Below, piece after piece: positions 9,995 to 16,004 of a stretch of 16,004 nt of DNA. The translations under genes were made by a program, and so were the position numbers. The stretch comes from Pundamilia nyererei (lineage: Eukaryota): assembly GCF_000239375.1 (NCBI RefSeq), contig NW_005187640.1:831579-847582 (forward strand), written 5' to 3'. The notes under the pieces are model-generated. The model was not told the DNA's origin. It saw only the letters and a program-made list of their open reading frames with translations, and did not search any database. The number at the start of each line of letters is the position of its first letter. Position 1 is the stretch's first letter.

Positions 9995-10600
9995 GAAGAT
10001 GCTGTGGACACCGTGTAGCCTTTCAGAGGGGATTACAGTAGCTTTAGATATGCTTGTAGATGAATATGCATGTATTCCTTTGCCTTTTAAGAAGAATTTC
10101 GTACTCTGTGTGTTTATACATGTATGGATAATCTCAAATGTCCTCTGCTGTAATCTAATTTCTCAAATGTTACAAATACAGGCCATTTACACGGAGCATT
10201 TACTGCACATAGAGCAGTTGTTTTGTCATCTGTGAAGTTTGCCCGAAAAGCAAACTGGTGTTTGATCCAGGTCAGGTGGTAAAATGTACCTAATTTGAGA
10301 CACAAGTTGTTATTTTTTTTATTGCATAACACAGTATCCATTTTTTAAAACACTTCATAGCTGTTGGTGTTGGTGGCAGCAGTTGTTGTTTTGTGCAGTG
10401 GGATAATGGTGGAGGGTAAATACCTCTGATGCTGGAGGACCGATGTTGACTCTCCAGTGATTGGGTAGCAGAATGTAGAGTCTCCCCTGGTTACGGGCAT
10501 CAGCCAGGTTTGTGTCCTTTGTGTTTGATGCACATTGTAACGTGATTTTATAGTCAGTCAGTGACTTGATACTTCTTTACATGTAACAAAGGTTGTTGTT

Positions 10601-10606
10601 AATAAA
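10601..10606 (+). terminator. Candidate polyadenylation signal AATAAA for the PARP4-like transcript (~0.6 kb 3'UTR).
   Basis: First canonical AATAAA downstream of the stop at 9994 on the + strand. Confidence 0.3.
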
Positions 10607-10989
10607 TTGCTACTGTGACCTGTTTGTGCCGGTGCTTTACCTTGCTGCCTTTTACAGCTGCTGCCGTGTTAAGTTGTTTGCTGAGGGAGGCTGAAGAAAT
10701 TGAATACATGCAAAGGGTGCCAGGTTTGAGGGTCTCGGGATCTTATCACTGCTTTTTGAAGATGAAGTGGTTTTCTTAGGTTCACCAAGCTATCACATCC
10801 GGCTGACACCAAGATGGTCATAGTAAGGAGCTCAGTCATTTAGGTGAGAGAGGTGTTGACTGGCATGAAAACCATCACTATGTTCAGGATGTCCCATCTG
10901 TGCTGAGAACAGAGGCAATGAGTTGAATGTGTTTTTCAACAGATTGAAATGCTCACCTCCCTCCTGATTTACCCGTAGTCGTCCTTCAG

Positions 10990-11620
10990 TCCATGCCACT
11001 CTCTCTCCACTTTGCACCTCAGGCTACGTCTACACTAATCCGGATAAATCTGAAACACTCCGCGTCCACACTATCATTTTCAAAGAGTTGTGCATCCACA
11101 CTGAAGCGACCTAAAATGCTTACATTCCAGTCCAGCGCATGCATGTAAAGTAAGAAGATTCGACCCGCCTCATTTCTGTCTGCCGTTTATTTTCTTTCCG
11201 GCTCTTTGAAAATTGGCAAAATGTGGAGGAAAAGCAGCGAGTTTTTTAAATGGATTAACAATGAGGTGGAGTTGTTGCTGCGAGGAACACAAAAGCACAA
11301 ATTGCAAAAGCGAGTGAGAATTAAAGAATTTGAAGAAAAGCTCTCTGGAGCATGTGCAGACTGATATTAATCTTTAACAGGGCTGTCAAACCTGAGAGCT
11401 GACAGAACAACTGCTGCTCCGCTGTCTCAGTTTAATTGGTCACATGACTGCATCATATAACTAAAATGCGTCATCTTTCCAAAAGTCTGCGGTTACGCTG
11501 GCCACACCGCCGCGTGAAAACAGCGTTTTCAGTTGTTTCTGCTTTTTCAAAAAGCTCCGTTTTCCTTGACCGAAAACGCCGTCTCAGTGTGGAGTGTACA
11601 CATGTACAGGTTATAATTAA
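10990..11620 (+). mobile_element. Putative non-autonomous DNA transposon-like block with imperfect inverted ends (..CGTCTACACT.. / ..AGTGTGGAGTGTACAC..). Contains a 48-codon ORF at 11221-11367 (MWRKSSEFFKWINNEVELLLRGTQKHKLQKRVRIKEFEEKLSGACAD).
   Basis: Shared words at both ends in inverted orientation (tacact / ccacact / ttttcaaag vs ctttttgaaaaag). The small ORF has a W-x-E-x-LL pattern reminiscent of Myb/SANT-like (MADF/Harbinger-type) DNA-binding domains. The boundaries and family are uncertain. Confidence 0.25.
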
Positions 11621-12455
11621 CGACAGTTCAACAAGTTTCCGTGTTCAACAGCATTTCCTCCTTATTTGGTTGTCTGCCCCCCCAGATGTTTCCTGTGGAC
11701 CCCGGATCACTAGTTGCTAAGCAGAGACAAAGTCTTTACCCTAGAAATGATGCTTCATGTCTATGTGTATGTAAGCGTGTTAGGCCTTCATTCACAGCAT
11801 GCAGGTCATTGCATCAATATATCAGTTCAGACATGGCGCTGAACGACGCTTTAAGCCTTCCTGTATGCTCAACTCTATCATGAGCACAAATGCAATGTGC
11901 GTAATAACCTGATTGAAACTATGTTTAATAAATGGAATAAATGACACTGCTCAAAGCTAAATAAAAAGATGTAAAAGAATCAACCTGATATAAAATGATA
12001 TAATCCCCACACTTGCACATTCATAGTTCATTTGCTCGAATCCGGTTTCATAGCCCTAGTTCTTGGTCATTGTGTTGTACTTTGTTTCTGTAAATAAAAT
12101 ATTTTAATCACTAAGCTCTGCTTTTGGTTTCATTTCTCACTGCTGGCTACCGAGCCCTGACACCCCCAAGGCAACTGTTCCAGATGGGAGCTGTTACGAA
12201 ATCAGTTTTACCTCGGTTCTTTTTATTCCTCGAGCATCCAGAGACGGCACCGGACTCAGTCATTTTCACAAAACCTTTATTCATCTTTACTCATCTTTAC
12301 TCTTCTTCATTCATCTTCATTTAAGCATGCATCTTCTAGAAGGGAAGACGAGGCCGGTGGGGCCCTCTGCAAAAAATCTTCACCCCTTTGTTCGTTACAG
12401 CCAGCTTTATAGAGGCGTCCCCATCATAAAACCCCCCACAGTGTGCTGCAAACTC

Positions 12456-12605
12456 TGTCTGTGTCTATGTGCACGAGCACATGAATGCCTACATGTGCGT
12501 TCCCGCGTGTCTATGTGAGTGCTCGTGTGTGCCTGTGTGCGCATACCTGTGTGTATGTGTGTGTGCACATGAGTGAGTGTGCGTGTGGATGTGTGTGCGT
12601 GACAG
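12456..12605. repeat. TG/CA-rich imperfect low-complexity block (GTGTGYGYRYR-type).
   Basis: Directly visible degenerate (TG)n / (TGTGCG)n composition. Confidence 0.85.
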
Positions 12606-13299
12606 TTAAAACACTGTGGGTGTAGGTGACTCCCTTGGTCATAAAACCCCTCTCCCTTCCAGACCACAGTTATCCAGTTACAAATGTTGAGACCCCCACC
12701 CAAACATCCTCTGGGGAATTTCCACTCAGCATTAACTCTTCTATGTTTTACTTTCACAGTTCAAGTGGGGGAGGGGTCTCCTACAATCTACTCCTAAGTT
12801 CACGACACAGTGAGGCCTTTATTATATTGAGGGCAGTGTCAGTGTCTCTACAACAGTTTACATTCTATGATAACACATTTCTAAACTCTAAAATCAGCTA
12901 AACATTCTTCAGAGCCCACAAATCCAACACAGATGGGTCCAGTTGTCCAGTATGTTTATCTTTAAAAGAAACAGCAAATCGAGCTATTTCTTACCATGTC
13001 AAAACAGCATCCCAGTAAAGGAAAGCTTCAGCTCTCAAGGTTGCTCAGTGACAAACTCTTCCAAGTCTGGAACATAAAGTGGTCGTTTGATAAAGTGGGA
13101 GACACAAACAGATGAAAAAGGGTTTTACTCCATAAAAGAGCTGGCCTTCCTCAAAATAGCTGAAAAGCGTTTCTACCAGGATGAAACAAATAGTTGGGTA
13201 GCGCCACCACCTTTTCATTCTCCAAGACCACGACTCCCCAACAGCAGACAGCAAGCCAGTCACCCTCTTGCTTCACTCAGTCGAATGCTGAAGAATTGA

Positions 13300-13425
13300 C
13301 CTGGAATGAGACAATAGTTTATGCAAGGCATATCAACAACAGCCTTCTGGGTGTCCTTGTGCGGTTTTGCAAGGATCGAGTGGGAGCTACTGCTGATATC
13401 AAAGATATTTTAGTTCTCTCGTGAA
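13300..13425 (+). mobile_element. Short BEL/Pao-like LTR-retrotransposon polyprotein fragment (..YARHINNSLLGVLVRFCKDRVGATADIKDIL..).
   Basis: Motif LLxxLxRFRxxxVAxxADIEKMF is characteristic of BEL/Pao polyproteins. Here LLGVLVRFCKDRVGATADIKDIL sits in an ORF that terminates immediately. AT-rich LTR-like sequence with AATAAA follows (13440-13640). Confidence 0.3.
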
Positions 13426-14135
13426 AAGACACTAAAAAAGAAGAACTTTGTGCAGTACTTTTGGTATTTATATTTGTAATTGAGCTATATTAGACCTATT
13501 TCTTTTATTTTGTAACTTTGTAATATATTGTATTATTTAATTAGTTCAGTCTGTTACTGTTCTTTTTCTCTTGGAGCAACTGTAACAACATTATTTACTT
13601 CGGGATTAATAAAGTTTTCTGATTTTGATTCTGATTGAGAAGAGAACTGTTACTCCTTCACATCAAAAGGAAGCCGGTGAAATGGGTCAGACATCTGGAT
13701 ATGATGCTTCTTGGACACTTGGATGAGGTGTTTGGGGAATGTTTATCACAAGACCCTGTGGTAGACCCATGACATGCTGGTGACATTATGTCTTTGGAGC
13801 CCAGAAAAAGAAGCATAGGTGGCTGGACAGGAGGCATAGGCATCCCTTCTTAGACTCGTGCTCCTGAAATCCAGGAGAAACAGCAGGAAATGAAATGATG
13901 TATCGGTGGAATGGGTGTGTTTTTATTTTTGTCAAGCTGTGAAACATAAGTAAATCTCAGGACGTGCTATCATGTGCATTTCCAGTGAAAGCGTTAGAGA
14001 ATATCACACAAGAGATTTTCTGGGGTGGATGGAGAAAAGGAGTAGGAGGAGTAAGGTAAGTCACATTACACGGATAGCTTTAGTCAGAAAGGTGCCAGTG
14101 TTCAGCAGCTTTCATCTTCTTTTCCCTTTCTGCTC

Positions 14136-14308
14136 ATGGAGAACGTGTATGGACAACAATTCTGCTTTCCACAGCTCCTCAACACCTCCTGTAGGAAGCC
14201 GCTGCAACATCACAATCAGACCATTTTTCTCTGCATTCTGCTTTGCTGCATCTCTCTGCTCACAGTGACTCTCAACGTCCTGGTCATCATCTCTATCTCC
14301 CACTTCAG
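14136..14308 (+). CDS. taar: TAAR gene exon 1: MENVYGQQFCFPQLLNTSCRKPLQHHNQTIFLCILLCCISLLTVTLNVLVIISISHF(R). N-terminus with two N-glycosylation sequons plus TM1. Donor GTGTTA at 14309, ends in phase 2.
   Basis: ATG-initiated open frame. Short glycosylated N-terminus followed by a hydrophobic helix. ..ISISHF|R-QLH joins the TM1-loop motif conserved in TAARs (SHFKQLHTPTN). Confidence 0.7.
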
Positions 14309-14644
14309 GTGTTAAAGTAAACTTTACTGTGATATATTGTGTTTGACTTGAGCATACTCGGATTAGCTACAGAGTACTTCACATTTACTAAACTGTGATA
14401 GCTCTCTTTTACAAAGGAACAGCTGATGTGATAAATGTTTGTACTATTTAACTGAAATGATTTCATATTCTGACCTCCTCCTCTCAGAATGATGTGGAAA
14501 CGAGAGGTTTGCCCTACTTTGTTGCACTGGATTGTTTATTGTATGTTGTTTTACTTTCAGAACTGGTGCATTACTGTAGCCTTCCACCTGCTGCAGGTTT
14601 ATTAATATTATGTTACGTCTTTCTTTCTGTTTTTTTCTTCTCAG

Positions 14645-15464
14645 GCAGCTTCACAACCAAACCAACCTCTTCCTCCTCTCTCTCGCTGTCTCAGACCTCC
14701 TTGTTGGCCTCCTGCTGATGCCGCCTCGAATCCTCCTTTTAGGGGGCTGCTGGTTTTTGGGCACCTTCATGTGTGGACTGTTTTACTATGCCTCTTTTGT
14801 TCTCACATCTGCCTCAGTAGGAAACATGGTGCTTATTTCATTTGACCGGTATGTAGCTATTTGTGACCCCTTGTCCTACCCCACCACAGTTACTGAGAGA
14901 AAAGTCCAAATCAGTGTCTGTCTGTGTTGGGCCTGTTCACTGCTGTATAACGGCACAATACTAAACAACTTCCTGAAGCAGCCAGACAGATATAATTCTT
15001 GTGACGGGGAATGCATAGTTGTAATTAATTTCATAACTGGTGCTTTTGATGTCGTAGCTACCTTCATCGGCCCCACTGCTGTGATCATATTTCTGTACAT
15101 GAGAGTATTTCTGGTGGCTGTGTCTCAGGCTCAGGCTATGAGATCTCATGTTGCCTTTGTTACTTCAAAGGGTTCAGTTCACGTTGCCATTAAGAAGTCT
15201 GAGAGAAAAGCAGCTACAACTATTGGTGTTGTTGTGGTTGTGTTTCTGATGTGTTTCTGTCCTTACTTTTATCCCTCTCTCGCAGGGCAGGACACATCAA
15301 CCAGTGTGGAATTTTCAGTTTTTGGGGTCTGGTTACTTTATTGTAATTCCTGTCTAAATCCACTTATCTATGCGTTTTTCTATCCCTGGTTTAGGAAGAC
15401 TGTTAAACTGATAGTTACATTGCAGATTTTGCAGCCTGACTCTTGTGATGCCAACATACTGTAG
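14645..15464 (+). CDS. taar: TAAR gene exon 2 (TM2-TM7 and C-tail). (R)QLHNQTNLFLLSLAVSDLLVGLLLMP..FDRYVAICDPLSY..CPYF..NSCLNPLIYAFFYPWFRKT..*. Stop TAG at 15462-15464. Total predicted protein 330 aa.
   Basis: Acceptor tttttttcttctcag| at 14643-14644. Rhodopsin-family GPCR hallmarks (LAVSD, DRY, CWxP-like CPYF, NPxxY). The TAAR-specific fingerprint NSxxNPxxYxxFYxWFxK in TM7 is present. Confidence 0.85.
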
Positions 15465-15624
15465 AATTAAAATCCTATCACTCCTCAGTTAGTCAAATAC
15501 ACTGTAAAGACCAAAGGTCAAAATGTGAAAAAATAAGTTGATATCTGACATCTTCTTCAGCTGTTAATGAAAAATTGCATCAATTATTTGTAATAATGTA
15601 TTAATATTGATTATTACCAGCTGT

Positions 15625-15630
15625 AATAAA
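15625..15630 (+). terminator. Candidate AATAAA polyadenylation signal for the TAAR transcript. A second AATAAA lies at 15989-15994.
   Basis: Canonical hexamer ~160 nt downstream of the TAAR stop. Confidence 0.3.
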
Positions 15631-16004
15631 CAATATTAATCAAGAATTCATCAAGATCCTTTAACTTCTTCATGAAAAATGCACATGCATACTCCAGAGT
15701 CACTATGAAGACTTGTGTCTCATCTTCATTCACTCCACTCTCGTCAAAGAACCTTTTTATTTTGTGGATGGTTCCTTAGCTATTACAAATGGTTCTTTAA
15801 AGAACAAAAGGTTCTTCATCCTTAGCTGTCTAAGTTTGATGGTGTGAATGGCATAAATATTTACTCACTATAACGAGGCTGTTAAATTATACTGTGTGTT
15901 TTCTTTGTGTGCATGTGTGTGCGAGGGGGGAGGGCGGGTTACCTGGTGATTACCCTTTAAGAGCAGATGGTAGGAAACTGAATATTCAAATAAAGTTAGA
16001 AATA

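Noticed and set aside
12407-12757. 116-aa minus-strand ORF rich in His/Thr/Arg
   Set aside because: Produced by translating the TG/CA low-complexity tract (HTHTHI.. periodicity). Not a gene.
13972-14268. 98-aa + strand ORF overlapping TAAR exon 1 in another frame
   Set aside because: Different frame from the ATG at 14136. That frame gives the TAAR-like N-terminus/TM1 and joins the conserved exon-2 motif, and this one has no homology.
14591-14596. Alternative acceptor ctgcag| for TAAR exon 2
   Set aside because: Using it would insert out-of-frame or unconserved sequence. The acceptor at 14643-14644 yields the conserved ..SHF-R-QLHNQTNLF.. junction.
14494-14718. 74-aa ORF spanning the TAAR intron/exon-2 boundary
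   Set aside because: Runs through intron sequence. The real coding frame enters at the acceptor 14643-14644 in the frame of ORF 14610..15464.

Overview
This window is vertebrate (most likely teleost fish) nuclear DNA, not prokaryotic. It has spliced multi-exon genes, GT/AG introns, AATAAA signals, a (CA)n microsatellite and several decayed DNA-transposon and retrotransposon relics. No bacterial or phage system is present, so I am not claiming a novel defence or operon-type system. Two host genes lie on the + strand. (1) The 3' part of a PARP4-like (vault poly-ADP-ribose polymerase) gene. Its last eight exons can be read directly at ~4213-9994, with two further candidate exons upstream at 402-482 and 608-688. 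The C-terminal exons match my recollection of the human PARP4 C-terminus (..WKLTPELG..KGIQSLG..LLDLIATMLVLQ..GQYPSICPRLELGNDWDSATKQLLG..). One 1.6 kb exon carries a striking proline-rich tandem-repeat expansion (FMKPA pentapeptide copies nested in ~25-aa LASDDVPHLSSPGHSAPPPPP units). (2) A complete two-exon trace amine-associated receptor (TAAR) gene at 14136..14308 + 14645..15464. It has the TAAR fingerprint NSxxNPxxYxxFYxWF and a DRY motif but lacks the aminergic Asp3.32, so it looks like a teleost class III TAAR. The PARP4 intron between 690 and 4212 contains a Tc1-like transposase relic. Nested inside it is a cleanly bounded 1.48 kb non-autonomous hAT element: 13-bp TIRs CAGTGTTGCCAAC and a perfect 8-bp target-site duplication GCTCCGAC. 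The hAT element carries a BED zinc-finger ORF fragment and a (CA)16 microsatellite. Other notes: a putative DNA-transposon-like block with a small Myb/SANT-like ORF (~11000-11620), a BEL/Pao-like polyprotein fragment (~13300-13420), and a TG-rich low-complexity block flanked by inverted CACAGTG-containing repeats (~12420-12660).
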